Origin: a virus
Lineage: Duplodnaviria > Caudoviricetes
Strand: one strand, 5' to 3'
IMG/VR virus record: IMGVR_UViG_2602042090_000006
Coordinates: 1 to 64,000 of that record
DNA length: 64,000 bases
Positions 25,702 to 35,621 of this stretch are shown here, piece by piece. Positions within the stretch are counted from its first letter, which is position 1. Each line of letters starts with the position of its first letter. The position numbers were made by a program, and so were the translations under genes. The notes under the pieces are model-generated. The model worked only from the letters and a program-made list of their open reading frames with translations, did no database searches and was not told the origin of the DNA.

Positions 25702-27169
25702 CGACGGATGCCACGCCTTCGAGCTGGGCGAGCAGCGCGGCCTGCTCGAGGAGCTGAGCCAGATCGTCTACGCCCATCTCCGACGACAGCCGTGCCAGCC
25801 GTAGCGTCAGATCGTCATAATCGCGCGCCTCGGCGAACTCGGTGCGGATCTGTCCGATCATGCTGTCGAACACGCCGGCGCCGGCGGTCTCCAGCTGGTC
25901 GGTCAGGTTGGCCACGACACGCTCGCTGTTGGAACGTGCCGGCGGGTCTGCGAAATCCAGATTATCGAGCGCGCCCTTGGCCGCAACGCCGGGCTTGCCC
26001 GGTTTGGTCTCCGGCGCCGGCTTCTCAATCCATTCGCCGCCATAGGTGTCGTCGATGTACTGCGGGTCCTTCGGACGATAGCCCATCTTGTAGATCGTCT
26101 CGTCGCGCTTGATCTTCTCGTTGAGATCCTCGGCCTCGGCGAAATCGCGCCAGACGTCGGGGATGCCGGCGCCGGGAAAGTTCAGCTCGACGATCCACCG
26201 GGCGATGGTGTCCTTGATGGTGGCGGAGATCAGATCGGCATCCGCCTTGGCGATCGCAACGCGCACCTCGTTGTGGACTTCGCCGAGCGATCGCGCGCCG
26301 CGCTCGCCGGAGTTCGTGGTCAACGTCTCACCGAGCACCGCCTCGCTCATAAGTTCGTCGAGGTATCGGTTCAGCTTCTCAAACACGTCGCCGCCGCCGG
26401 CCTTCGCCTCCAGCAGCTCTACGATGACGTTTTCCGGTACCGCAATGCCGGTGTCGTTCGCCAGCTGCCGGATCGCGGCCAGCATCTCGTCCTGGCGTTG
26501 CTTGTCGTAGCCACCGGGATACGTGATCTTCGTCGTCGGCGTGCCGTGTTTCTCGACGGCGCGCAGCCACTGTGCCAGTGCGTTGCGCTTCATCCATGCG
26601 GGCCAGTAGAGGACTTGCCCTATGCCGACGCCATATGGATCGTCTTCATCGTCGTCGATCGAATGCCTGTGAACCACGAACTTCCGATCGGGAACCGGCA
26701 CACCCTCGATCATGGCAGCGCGCGTCAGGAGCCGGAGTTTGCCGTCCATGTCGAACCGGAACCGGCGCTGCTTCTTGACCTTAACGGCCTGTAGCGTCCA
26801 GACGCCGGCGACATTGGCCCAGAGAACCTCGGCAACGGAGAAGCCCTTCAGGACGGCGCCCAGCATGCCGCGTGTCAGCTTGTCGAAGTCGATCGCCTTC
26901 AGCTGGCGCTTGACTTCCTCGGCCGCGCGCTTGTCGAGATCGCTTTCCGATGCCTCGAAGACACTCCATTCGCGGCTGACCACTTCCAGCTTTCGCTTTT
27001 GCAGGATGGCGAAGGCATGCGGATCGCGCCGGATCTCGTCATAGAGCTGATGGCTCTTGCCAAGGCCACGCGTGCGCAGGATCTCGTCTGTCGGCTGCAT
27101 GACGCCGGCGAACTCCGGGACGAACGGGTCCGTCCGGATCGTTGCGATCTCCATGGTGGTTTCAGCCAT
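25691..27169 (-). CDS. Portal protein (Mu gp29/DUF935)
   Basis: NPYG-like DPYGVG and LGETLTT...SLGEVHNEVR motifs. Confidence 0.92.
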   Translation of the reverse strand: MAETTMEIATIRTDPFVPEFAGVMQPTDEILRTRGLGKSHQLYDEIRRDPHAFAILQKRKLEVVSREWSVFEASESDLDKRAAEEVKRQLKAIDFDKLTRGMLGAVLKGFSVAEVLWANVAGVWTLQAVKVKKQRRFRFDMDGKLRLLTRAAMIEGVPVPDRKFVVHRHSIDDDEDDPYGVGIGQVLYWPAWMKRNALAQWLRAVEKHGTPTTKITYPGGYDKQRQDEMLAAIRQLANDTGIAVPENVIVELLEAKAGGGDVFEKLNRYLDELMSEAVLGETLTTNSGERGARSLGEVHNEVRVAIAKADADLISATIKDTIARWIVELNFPGAGIPDVWRDFAEAEDLNEKIKRDETIYKMGYRPKDPQYIDDTYGGEWIEKPAPETKPGKPGVAAKGALDNLDFADPPARSNSERVVANLTDQLETAGAGVFDSMIGQIRTEFAEARDYDDLTLRLARLSSEMGVDDLAQLLEQAALLAQLEGVASVDGR

Positions 27170-27170
27170 C

Positions 27171-28796
27171 TCAGTACCCCGTAAATGCGGAAAGATCGGA
27201 TCGGGCGGCTACGGCGCCGTAAGCTCCGGTCGCGTCCGTGAACTGGCCGGCTGTCGGACGGTCATCCCCTGTCACGCCGGCGCCAACTTCGCCGCCTTCC
27301 TGCTCACTGGCATAAACTGCCAACGCTCCGGCGACGGCACTGTCGCCATGGCGCGCGAAACCGTCTGCCCCTTGCGTGCGAGCATCGTCCGGCACCTTGG
27401 CAATGCCCTTGGTCATCTTCAGCAGACGGTAATCGCCGAGCACGTCGTCATCGAGCGGCAGCTCAAACGTGCCGTCTTCGAAGCCGGCTTTCAGCTTCGG
27501 CATGTTGAGCATGTACCATTGCTGCGAGAGCTTGATCTCCGAGACGAACGACGCGCCGAACGCCTGCCGTGCCGCCTCGGCATGCGCCGCACCGTTGCCG
27601 GTAGCGTCAAAAGCCGCGTGGAAGAAGCGCGGCAAATGCTTTCGCAGGAAGAGGATGATCTGGCGCTGGCTCTCGAACGGCACGTTGCGCAGCTCGAGGA
27701 GGAACGGCGTGCGCAGGCTGGTGTCGAGACGCACCTGAAACGGATGGATCACGGACAAGTCGCCCGATCGGCCGAAGTCCTGGCCGAAGCCGGACCGCAT
27801 CGTCGGATCGAGACGCTTCAGATGCGGCAGGAGCTGCTCGGTGCAGAAGTCCGCGATCTCCGCATCTCGAAGCTCTTTCGGCCAATCGACAAAGCCTTCC
27901 GGCGACGCCCAGCGAATAACCGGAATGTCTTCCTTCATCCGCGACATGATCAGTGATCGGGTAAGGAACGCGCCCGACGACATCGATGGGATGCAGAACA
28001 GCTCCTCGTCAGCGCCGGCGCCATAGAACTTGATGATGTCCTGGCGCCAGTCGGCCTCCGCCTCGGCCGACCACGGCTTGCCGGTCACATAGGCGATCCG
28101 CTCGTAGAGCCCCTGCTGCAGCGCCGTGTCGAAATCGATGCGCAGATGCTTGTAGCTCTGCCGGCCGGCAGGGATCTCTTGGATCTGTTCGTTGAAGTGG
28201 TTGTCAAAGCCATCATGCGTGGAGCAGACGATGACCTGTCCGCCCCACATTAGGAACGCGAGCGCCGCCTTTAGCAGTTCTTCGAGGCTGTCAACGAAGG
28301 CCGCTTCGTCGATCATGACGACGCCCTGCTTACCGCGCAGGGTGCGCGGCGCCGATGACAGGCCGACGATTTCGAAGCCCGACGAGAACTTGATCCGGAA
28401 TGCCTGAATGGCGCGCTCGCCATCCTTGTCCGAGTCGTCCCAGATGAATTCCTGCATCTCCAGCGCGGCTTGGCTGAAGGCGCGGGCCCACATGGCGCAG
28501 GCGTCGATGAACTCGCGCGTCATCTCCTGGCTATAGGAGATGTACATGAAGTCCATGCCGCCGGCTTCGCGGGCACGCGCTGCGCGCAGGACGGCATAGG
28601 CTGCGCACGCCCATGTCAGGCCGATACGGCGCGACTTCTCGACGAAGAGAACGCGGCAGGCCGTTGTCTCGAGGAGGGCGAGCGTCTGCTGCTGGTACGG
28701 CAACAGCGCCTTGCGGGCGCCGATCCGGTTGATGACGGCATCGGTCGAGATGCGGCGCGCCTCGGCCCATTGCTCTTTGCTGATAGGGCCGCTCAT
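27171..28796 (-). CDS. Terminase large subunit (Mu gp28-like)
   Basis: EKSRRIGLTW Walker A, MIDEAAF Walker B, GQDFGR and HGD nuclease motifs. Confidence 0.93.
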   Translation of the reverse strand: MSGPISKEQWAEARRISTDAVINRIGARKALLPYQQQTLALLETTACRVLFVEKSRRIGLTWACAAYAVLRAARAREAGGMDFMYISYSQEMTREFIDACAMWARAFSQAALEMQEFIWDDSDKDGERAIQAFRIKFSSGFEIVGLSSAPRTLRGKQGVVMIDEAAFVDSLEELLKAALAFLMWGGQVIVCSTHDGFDNHFNEQIQEIPAGRQSYKHLRIDFDTALQQGLYERIAYVTGKPWSAEAEADWRQDIIKFYGAGADEELFCIPSMSSGAFLTRSLIMSRMKEDIPVIRWASPEGFVDWPKELRDAEIADFCTEQLLPHLKRLDPTMRSGFGQDFGRSGDLSVIHPFQVRLDTSLRTPFLLELRNVPFESQRQIILFLRKHLPRFFHAAFDATGNGAAHAEAARQAFGASFVSEIKLSQQWYMLNMPKLKAGFEDGTFELPLDDDVLGDYRLLKMTKGIAKVPDDARTQGADGFARHGDSAVAGALAVYASEQEGGEVGAGVTGDDRPTAGQFTDATGAYGAVAARSDLSAFTGY

Positions 28797-29374
28797 TTCG
28801 TCCCCACGCCAAGAATCTGATCAAGGATCTCACTGGCCGTTTCGTCAGACAGGCCCTTCGAGCGCTGGACGAGTTTGACGGCTTCCTCAGCCTTGGAGGC
28901 AAAATCGGCCTCGACCTTCTGGCGCCTGGCTGTCGAGACGCCCTGCGCTTGGCTGGCAGCGCGCAGCGCATTCGCCAGCGCCATGGCGCCCTTCGGATCG
29001 AGGCCCGCCTCGCCGGCATTGGTCAGCAGTTCGAAGATCAGCGTCTTGATCGCTTCGGCCGCAATCAGCGTCAGATCGTCGGAGGATTTCGCATCCCACT
29101 TCTCGGCAATCGTCGCAGCGATCTCGCGCGTCTGATTGAGCCGGTTGGAGAGCGTGGCAAGCTTGATCGAATAGCGATTGAAGGCCGAGAACGACGGGAT
29201 CGTGAACTCCAGCTCGCCGCGATGCTCCCGCTTCAGGGCCTCCAGCTCGGCGAAGAAGTCCTGATAGATATCGATCTGCGTCCGGTCACGGTCCTGCAGA
29301 TCGGCCGCTGCCTTTGCAACGATCGATGCGCACTCTTCCGGCAGAAGCTCGATACCGGAGAGCCGACTACGCAT
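28793..29374 (-). CDS. Terminase small subunit (Mu gp27/DUF3486-like)
   Basis: SGIELLP...SFSAFNRY pattern; position upstream of terL. Confidence 0.8.
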   Translation of the reverse strand: MRSRLSGIELLPEECASIVAKAAADLQDRDRTQIDIYQDFFAELEALKREHRGELEFTIPSFSAFNRYSIKLATLSNRLNQTREIAATIAEKWDAKSSDDLTLIAAEAIKTLIFELLTNAGEAGLDPKGAMALANALRAASQAQGVSTARRQKVEADFASKAEEAVKLVQRSKGLSDETASEILDQILGVGTK

Positions 29375-29708
29375 GCGAGCTACCGGCCGGCGGGATGACG
29401 GCACGTGACGGACGCTTCACGCCCTCGATGATCGTCTCACGAAGAAGGTGGCGCCAGCCGAGATCGGTCAGCGTCCCGATCTTGACCGAGCCGGCATCAA
29501 CGATCGTGATGGCGCCCATCATGCGGAGATAATCCATCTCGCCGTGGATCCACGACCGAGGCTGGCGGATGACGAACGTCTGCAACACAAGTTCAATCGT
29601 GCTGCTCGACAGGCTCTCATTTACCTGTTCGGAGAGGGCTCGCAATATAATGAGACGCGCATCTTCGCGCATGACTTTGTCGTAGTCGACTCCGATCGGG
29701 ATCATCAA
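29367..29708 (-). CDS. Mu gp26-like winged-helix protein
   Basis: EDARLIILRAL...GVKRPS pattern; synteny. Confidence 0.75.
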   Translation of the reverse strand: MMIPIGVDYDKVMREDARLIILRALSEQVNESLSSSTIELVLQTFVIRQPRSWIHGEMDYLRMMGAITIVDAGSVKIGTLTDLGWRHLLRETIIEGVKRPSRAVIPPAGSSHA

Positions 29709-30094
29709 CTGGCCTTCTTCATCTGATCAATCAACACGTCGTTCAGCCGCTCGCCGATCGCCTGGATCGGCTTCAGCTTTTCGTCCATCGACGAAAATCG
29801 TCCTTCCAGCACCGCATCCTGCTTATCCAGCCGGCTGACGATGGTCATCATCGTCATCTCCATGCGGTGCGTCGTTTCCTTGTCGGGAATGTGCTTCATG
29901 TCGTTCTCGATCGCCTGGATGCGTCGATCGTGCTCGATCAGTTTGGCCTCGACTTTGTCGGCCCGTTGCTCGAGCTTTTTTTCTCCGGACGAGAGCAAAT
30001 TCTTGATCAGGATGATGAAGTTGACGATCGCCATAATGACGACGATCCACGACATGAGCGGGGCAAGATCGAGAGCAACATTTGATGCGTTCAC
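29705..30094 (-). CDS. Mu gp25/DUF2730-like membrane-anchored coiled-coil protein
   Basis: N-terminal TM helix, coiled coil, ENDMKHIP motif. Confidence 0.75.
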   Translation of the reverse strand: MNASNVALDLAPLMSWIVVIMAIVNFIILIKNLLSSGEKKLEQRADKVEAKLIEHDRRIQAIENDMKHIPDKETTHRMEMTMMTIVSRLDKQDAVLEGRFSSMDEKLKPIQAIGERLNDVLIDQMKKAS

Positions 30095-30312
30095 CGGTGA
30101 TACTTCTCTGCTTCAACGAACGTCTGGCAATCAGTGCACCTGCGGGCGGCTGGATATGCAAGACGGCGTTTTTCGGGGATCGGATGATCGCATGCGATGC
30201 AGAGGATCGTTCCGGTCTGCGAGAGCGCGATGCTTGCAGCTATAACGCCGGCATCGCGCTCCTGTTCAGCTCTTGCCGCAGCAAGCTCAAACATGGCCTC
30301 GGAGTTAGTCAC
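30091..30312 (-). CDS. TraR/DksA-type C4 zinc-finger protein
   Basis: CIAC...IPEKRR..P.ARRCTDCQ; the start is uncertain. Confidence 0.85.
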   Translation of the reverse strand: MTNSEAMFELAAARAEQERDAGVIAASIALSQTGTILCIACDHPIPEKRRLAYPAARRCTDCQTFVEAEKYHR

Positions 30313-30826
30313 GCTGAAGGGGACCCGGATCGAGAACCACACCTGCCACCGGATGCGAAATCGGCGATCCAGTATAGCCACCGCGCCCCGACGTCCGACG
30401 CAACGCTTCCAGCCCCTTATGAACACCCTTTTCGACTTGCTCCATGACCGTGTCCGGCGTCACGGCACTGCTCACCACCACCTGTAGACGATCGTTCGGA
30501 GTTTCCACGGCGCCGGGCAGTGTCGGCAGGGCGAGAATATGCGGCTCAAGCAGACTGTGAATATCCGGCCGCGACAGTTTGCCGAACCGCTTCAGCGCAT
30601 CCGGGACCGAGCGCAGCACATAGTCGATGGCATCGTCTGCCGATCCGCCCGGCTGGAGCAACAGCTTTGCGCCATTCGCCAAGGCCGACTGGAGCGCGTC
30701 CCGGTGCTTGGCTTCGATCTGGATGCCAGTCCAGCGGTAGAAGACCGCCGAGATGGCGCTCAACAGGGCGATAACGATGAAGTCGAACAGCGGCGGCAGC
30801 AGCTGCGTCAGAATAAGCTCTTTCAT
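30305..30826 (-). CDS. Putative holin
   Basis: N-terminal TM segment; immediately follows the endolysin. Confidence 0.55.
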   Translation of the reverse strand: MKELILTQLLPPLFDFIVIALLSAISAVFYRWTGIQIEAKHRDALQSALANGAKLLLQPGGSADDAIDYVLRSVPDALKRFGKLSRPDIHSLLEPHILALPTLPGAVETPNDRLQVVVSSAVTPDTVMEQVEKGVHKGLEALRRTSGRGGYTGSPISHPVAGVVLDPGPLQRD

Positions 30827-31683
30827 GCGGCGATATCCTCGGCGGGTGTGTAGGGCTGGATCATGGCGAGCGTCTCCCTGCCGACGATGCCATCGACGAC
30901 AAGGCCACGGGCGCGCTGGAAGGTTTTCACGGCTGCTTCCGTGCCGGGACCAAAGTCGCCATCGACCGTGAGCAGGTAATGGCCGGCAGCCGCGAGGCCG
31001 CGCTGCAACTGATCAACGGCCGGGCCCTTGGACCCGCGCCGCAAGATCGTGACCGCATTTGGCGTGTTCTGGTTTGCCGCGATCAGCTTGACCTGCAGCT
31101 CTGTGACAACGGACTTCGCCTTGCCGAGCTTCAGGCGGCGATCGTCGAGGCCATTGCGGCCTCCGTTCACGACCTTCGTCACCGCGATCAGGTCATCGCG
31201 ATCGGCGATGTCATTGAGCTTCTTGGTTGACCAGAAGAAGAACACGGCCCACGCCGCCCATGGGAATTCGGCGACCAGCTCGGGCTGCGCCTCGAAATCG
31301 GGGCAGTTCGGCTGAATGTCGCGCATCCAGATGGTGAAGCGGCGATAGTTGTCGCGTCCGGTGAGCTGCAGCGGGCAGCGACCCTTGAAGCGCTTGCCAT
31401 CGCCGGCCTTGACGTTGCCGAGATCCTTTCGGTTTTCGTAGGCCGCACCTGACGCATACTCCTCGAGCGTGCAGAACCCGTCGCATTCATGGGCGACCTG
31501 TGCGAGCAGGTGCGCGATGCGCAGGGCGGAGGTCACCTCGAACCGGATCAGCATTTCAGGGAGGATCGCGGCGAAGCCGGCGATGATGGCCTTCTGCTTC
31601 TGCCCGATCAGACCCGTCGAACGCGGCACGATGGCGTAAAGCGACGAGGCGTCAACCGAGGAAGCGAGAGTTGGGAGAGGCAT
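30823..31683 (-). CDS. Endolysin, glycoside hydrolase family 19 with C-terminal peptidoglycan-binding domain
   Basis: LAQVAHEC, FKGR..LQLTGRDNY, VNGGRNGLDDR; DGDFGPGTEAAVKTFQ...DGIVG. Confidence 0.92.
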   Translation of the reverse strand: MPLPTLASSVDASSLYAIVPRSTGLIGQKQKAIIAGFAAILPEMLIRFEVTSALRIAHLLAQVAHECDGFCTLEEYASGAAYENRKDLGNVKAGDGKRFKGRCPLQLTGRDNYRRFTIWMRDIQPNCPDFEAQPELVAEFPWAAWAVFFFWSTKKLNDIADRDDLIAVTKVVNGGRNGLDDRRLKLGKAKSVVTELQVKLIAANQNTPNAVTILRRGSKGPAVDQLQRGLAAAGHYLLTVDGDFGPGTEAAVKTFQRARGLVVDGIVGRETLAMIQPYTPAEDIAA

Positions 31684-31762
31684 GAAAAGACGTTCCTGTC
31701 GGGGGTGCGAATGGGAGCACCGATGGAACTGTCTTGGATCATTGAAGAGAGTGGGTCATGGG

Positions 31763-31774
31763 TGCGAAATCGCA
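31763..31774. promoter_or_regulatory. Candidate late-activator binding site upstream of the lysis operon
   Basis: Dyad TGCGA-AA-TCGCA. Confidence 0.55.
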
Positions 31775-31785
31775 GCCCCACGGAA

Positions 31786-32184
31786 CTAAAGCAGCTTTAA
31801 CTGCGGGTCAGCCGGCGGTCGTCTGCGACGGTGCTCGGCGACGGTGTTCTGCGAGACGCCCAGCGTACGGACGATCTCATTCGTTGAATAGCCCTTCTCG
31901 ATAAGATCGGCAATGGCGGCGGCGCGGCGGCGTTTGTCGCCAGCAATCGCCTGCGGGATCTCGATCTTCATAGAGCCATAGGCGGCAGCAATCTTTTCCG
32001 CCGCTTCCAGACCGACAACCTGAGCAAGCCAGTGATCAGCGGTCACCTGTTCTGGAATGTAAACGCGCTCTCCTGGCCGGGCCCGCCCAAGCGCAATCGC
32101 CGCTTCCTCACCCGCAACATTAGCGATGCGGTTCAGAAGCGGCGTGAGCCAGACGCGGTCAGAGGGATGCTCGCCCGATGTCAT
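31786..32184 (-). CDS. Mor/C-like transcriptional activator
   Basis: GERVYIP motif and a C-terminal HTH; last gene before the lysis operon. Confidence 0.8.
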   Translation of the reverse strand: MTSGEHPSDRVWLTPLLNRIANVAGEEAAIALGRARPGERVYIPEQVTADHWLAQVVGLEAAEKIAAAYGSMKIEIPQAIAGDKRRRAAAIADLIEKGYSTNEIVRTLGVSQNTVAEHRRRRPPADPQLKLL

Positions 32185-32615
32185 CGTGATGAACCGGCTC
32201 CCCAAATGATAGTGACACCAGAGAACAGACCAAGCGGGTTATGCTGGCACCAGAAGATCGCCATGTTCCCGAGAGCCGTGTTGCTATCGAGATCCGCAGA
32301 GACGGCGCCGATGCGATCCGGAGAAAAGCCGTCATCGATGGCGAACGCCTCCGCATCATCGCGACCGAGCTTGCAGCCGTCGAGTTCGATCATTGTGATG
32401 CCGCGCGGCGTGGTCTCGATCAGGATTGGCAGCACCGAAACACAGATCGGATCGACGGCAAGGAGCTTGCGGCAATATCGTGTCCGCATGCCCTCAAAGA
32501 GCTGCACGGCTTCCTCCGGACGCGCATGACGCTTCCGGTCGGCGCGAACGGTCTGGTGCTTTTGACGTAGCTCGATCTGCGGTGCAAAGATCTTCTTGAA
32601 GCTGTAGGCGACCAT
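32181..32615 (-). CDS. ASCH/PUA-like domain protein
   Basis: AYSF...KHQTVR...LFEGMRT...AIDDGF pattern. Confidence 0.65.
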   Translation of the reverse strand: MVAYSFKKIFAPQIELRQKHQTVRADRKRHARPEEAVQLFEGMRTRYCRKLLAVDPICVSVLPILIETTPRGITMIELDGCKLGRDDAEAFAIDDGFSPDRIGAVSADLDSNTALGNMAIFWCQHNPLGLFSGVTIIWGAGSSR

Positions 32616-33259
32616 CAGCGTGTCCCCTTCTTTTCCCGAATGCGTCGGCCGAAGGCGTTCATGACCGTGATCCATTCGTCCGAGGTCAGCGATCGACCGG
32701 AAACCTGCTGACCGAGGATGCCTTTCACTGCATCCCAGAAGGCGCGAGGGATCTTGGCTTCCACGGCGCCGACCAGAATGACCCACTGTGCCTGGGCAAT
32801 GCGGTAGCCGTCCGCGCGCTGCCACGGCTGCAGCGCCGAGTGAACGCTCCAGTCCACGCTGGCCTCGCGGCTGAGCCACTTTTTCAGCGCCTCGATCACC
32901 TTGCGGGAGTCTTCGGCGTCCTGAAGCCATCGCACATGATCGATACCGGTCTGCGCCTTAACAAACGCGATCAGCGCCGCGTCGTCGCGATCGCGGACAA
33001 CGCCGAGATTGAAGCCAGCGATCCAAAGCGCCTGCAGCTTTCCGGCGTACCTACCGGATAGCTTCTGTCGGCCGTTCTGGCGACGCTCGATTGGCTTGAA
33101 ACCAAGCCGGCGAAACTCAGCGATGACAGCCTGACGCTCTTCCTCGGTCATGTCCTTTGCCGAGGATTTGCCGGTGATGAGTTTGAGCTTGGCTCGGTAG
33201 ACATCGTCGTCCAGGCCGAGCTGCTTCTGCGCAACCTTGATGGCGGCGATCGAACTCAT
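32615..33259 (-). CDS. gemA: GemA (Mu gp16/DUF1018) family protein
   Basis: IKVAQKQLGLDDDVYR...TGKSS...KLQALW...VIEALKKW. Confidence 0.88.
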   Translation of the reverse strand: MSSIAAIKVAQKQLGLDDDVYRAKLKLITGKSSAKDMTEEERQAVIAEFRRLGFKPIERRQNGRQKLSGRYAGKLQALWIAGFNLGVVRDRDDAALIAFVKAQTGIDHVRWLQDAEDSRKVIEALKKWLSREASVDWSVHSALQPWQRADGYRIAQAQWVILVGAVEAKIPRAFWDAVKGILGQQVSGRSLTSDEWITVMNAFGRRIREKKGTR

Positions 33260-33441
33260 GAGAACTTCTCCCACAATGCCTGGGCGATCACAGTGAGGTT
33301 GATGCTCATGAGCTTGTCATCATCGATCTTCCTCACGGCCAACGTGCCAAGAGCCGCAGCCGGAAGGATGACGAAACCCTGTTTCTGGTGCTCTTCGACG
33401 AGGCACTCGACGATCTCCTCGAGGGTGCGGAAGTGTCTCAT
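33256..33441 (-). CDS. Hypothetical protein
   Basis: Translationally coupled within the early operon. Confidence 0.6.
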   Translation of the reverse strand: MRHFRTLEEIVECLVEEHQKQGFVILPAAALGTLAVRKIDDDKLMSINLTVIAQALWEKFS

Positions 33442-34127
33442 TCTGTCCACCCCCCGATCAGGAGCTGCTCGGACCGCTCCTGGCCGACACCCCGCGACAG
33501 ATGCGCATCTGCACCGGCACGCCATCCGGCACCCTCGGCAGCGTCGAACCGCGATTTGTGCTGCTTCAGCTTGACCGATCGGCTCTCAGGGTATCGGCGG
33601 TCCCGCTCCTGTTGCGCGAGAGTGGTCGCCTGCTCTGAGATCGTTTCGCTGAACAGTTCGAACAGGCGCAGGCGCAGCCGCCGTACAAGCCCGAGCGTAA
33701 AGTCGTCCGCTGCCTGCCGCTTCGTCTTGGCCGATCGGCGCCGGCGATAGAACTCGCCTGTCCGAAACTTCTTCAGCTCGCTGTCGATCACGGTGTTGCA
33801 CACGTCGAACAGGTAGACCGCGACGTCCGGCCACGGTTCGGCACCAGTGAACGAAATCTCCCTGCCGTTCGGTGTAGTGCTGGTGATCGCGGCCGTGTTG
33901 GTTACAGACGCGATCACCGGCCAGAGCCGAGCGCGGATAGACGTGGACGCGCTCTTCGTAGGCTTGCCCTTCTCTGTCATCAGCAGCGTGTGCTGATCGA
34001 GGCCGTGCTCACGCATGAGGGCTGCAGCCTTTGACGCGGCTTCAATGGCCTCCGCCTCGGTGCAGCCGCGCGACACCGTCCTATTCAGGAGCGCCTTGAT
34101 CTTGTTGCGGATCGTATCGTTGGTCAT
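33438..34127 (-). CDS. DUF2786-domain protein
   Basis: KIKALL...GCTEAEA..A..KAAALM N-terminus. Confidence 0.8.
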   Translation of the reverse strand: MTNDTIRNKIKALLNRTVSRGCTEAEAIEAASKAAALMREHGLDQHTLLMTEKGKPTKSASTSIRARLWPVIASVTNTAAITSTTPNGREISFTGAEPWPDVAVYLFDVCNTVIDSELKKFRTGEFYRRRRSAKTKRQAADDFTLGLVRRLRLRLFELFSETISEQATTLAQQERDRRYPESRSVKLKQHKSRFDAAEGAGWRAGADAHLSRGVGQERSEQLLIGGWTE

Positions 34128-34393
34128 GCTGCCACCTCGTCATTTTCGCGCTCAATCAGGTCGGCCGACTTGAAGAAGATTGGGGTAAAGACCCGAGCGA
34201 AGACATGCTCGACAGTCCAGCCGAGGGCCTGCCGCTCTGCCCACTTCGCCGCACTGGTCGGGTCGCTGGATGGGAATGATGCCTCGATCGCAGCAGCAGC
34301 CGTGGCACGGTAGGTGTGCCCGAGAAGCGAGCCGGCCGCGTTGCACAACGCATAGCCTTGTGAATAGGAGGTTATCGGACGGGGAGCGCTCAT
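34124..34393 (-). CDS. Hypothetical protein
   Basis: ATGA-coupled on both sides. Confidence 0.65.
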   Translation of the reverse strand: MSAPRPITSYSQGYALCNAAGSLLGHTYRATAAAAIEASFPSSDPTSAAKWAERQALGWTVEHVFARVFTPIFFKSADLIERENDEVAA

Positions 34394-34617
34394 GATTGAT
34401 ACGCCTCCCGGCCCGCTTCGGTAACCTCATAGAGAGACGCCGAGAAAGCATCACGGTCGATCAGGCCGAGTGCGATGAGGCCGTGAACTGTACGGCTGTC
34501 GTGGACCTTCTTTTCTCCGCACACAAAGTTGCCGGACACCAATCGAAGTCTGGCGCCGTTAATCATCCGGCAGAGGACGCTTTCCTGGGCGACGGACAGT
34601 TTCTTTCCCTTCGTCAT
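34390..34617 (-). CDS. Hypothetical protein (small winged-helix-like)
   Basis: LS..Q..VL...LIALGLI...YEVTEAGR pattern; good SD. Confidence 0.65.
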   Translation of the reverse strand: MTKGKKLSVAQESVLCRMINGARLRLVSGNFVCGEKKVHDSRTVHGLIALGLIDRDAFSASLYEVTEAGREAYQS

Positions 34618-34764
34618 TGCCCGCCCTCTTCAGTTCCAAAGACTGCGAAACCGTAGCCTTTACGAAGCGATCCAGAACCTGCGAGAGTGTGGCTCTGCGA
34701 CCGGCGGGAACCGGTCGCAGAGCCTCTCAATCCCTCAAAGACAGCATTCGAAGGATCGAAAACA

Positions 34765-35046
34765 ATGGAAGAAGCCAAGGAAATTATCGCTCGCTTGCAG
34801 GCGCTGGAATATGTGGTCGAGTTACTCCTCTCTCGGGAAATGGTACGAAGCCCGAGCTTAAGAGACTCAGTAAGGGAGCAGGCCGACCAGATCGCTGCAG
34901 AAGACAGGACTGCGAAAGATGATGAGGATCCTGAGTTCATTGAGGCTCACCTTCACTATCTCGAGCGTCTTCTACGCGACGGCTTGAAAGCCGCTCAGGC
35001 GTGGGACGACCATAAGGTTGGCGAAGAAGCGGCCTTAAGGACGTAG
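34765..35046 (+). CDS. Antisense-oriented acidic hypothetical protein (moron-like)
   Basis: SD GAAGGA then ATG at 34765; helical protein-like composition; lower GC than neighbours. Confidence 0.6.
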   Translation: MEEAKEIIARLQALEYVVELLLSREMVRSPSLRDSVREQADQIAAEDRTAKDDEDPEFIEAHLHYLERLLRDGLKAAQAWDDHKVGEEAALRT

Positions 35047-35611
35047 GCAGCTGCCCCACATTCGGTTGGGGTGCGGAGCCGTCTTCGATGGGCAGCGGCG
35101 ACCAGTGCGTGAATGTGCCACTCGACTCATACGGCGAGTAGACATGCCGACCGTCATGACGTTTCTCATCGATGTCGTCGGTGAAGATATCAAAGGGATC
35201 GTCCGGCCAGACGAAATCGTCGAACTCTTCATGCCAGCGCACGATGACATAACGGTCCCATGTGCCGCCGGGCGCCGGTCCCCGATAGGCAAGGAACCAT
35301 GTCCCGTCTTTTGGCGCGCTCTCGATGGGGTAACGCCCAACCAGATCTGCCTGGGGTGATGGGGCGGCGATGATGCTTGTGATGTAACCGTAAAAGTTGG
35401 AACCGGCCCACATGTCAGACTGATCGTCATAATTCGATCCGTCGAACATGGCGTAGAAGGCGTCGGTGACTTCGGCACGAACCTGCGTTTCACTCATCGC
35501 CGAGATGCGCGGCATGTCTTCGTCTGACATGCCGGCATCGTTTAGCATTTCGAGGCGATCCTTCTCCGGGATATCGGAGATCTCAATCTCAAAGGATAGG
35601 GTGAGTTTCAT
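34937..35611 (-). CDS. Hypothetical protein with DUF551-like C-terminal region
   Basis: PIESAPKDGTWFL...THWSPLP motif. Confidence 0.7.
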   Translation of the reverse strand: MKLTLSFEIEISDIPEKDRLEMLNDAGMSDEDMPRISAMSETQVRAEVTDAFYAMFDGSNYDDQSDMWAGSNFYGYITSIIAAPSPQADLVGRYPIESAPKDGTWFLAYRGPAPGGTWDRYVIVRWHEEFDDFVWPDDPFDIFTDDIDEKRHDGRHVYSPYESSGTFTHWSPLPIEDGSAPQPNVGQLPTSLRPLLRQPYGRPTPERLSSRRVEDARDSEGEPQ

Positions 35612-35621
35612 GGTCTCGCCC

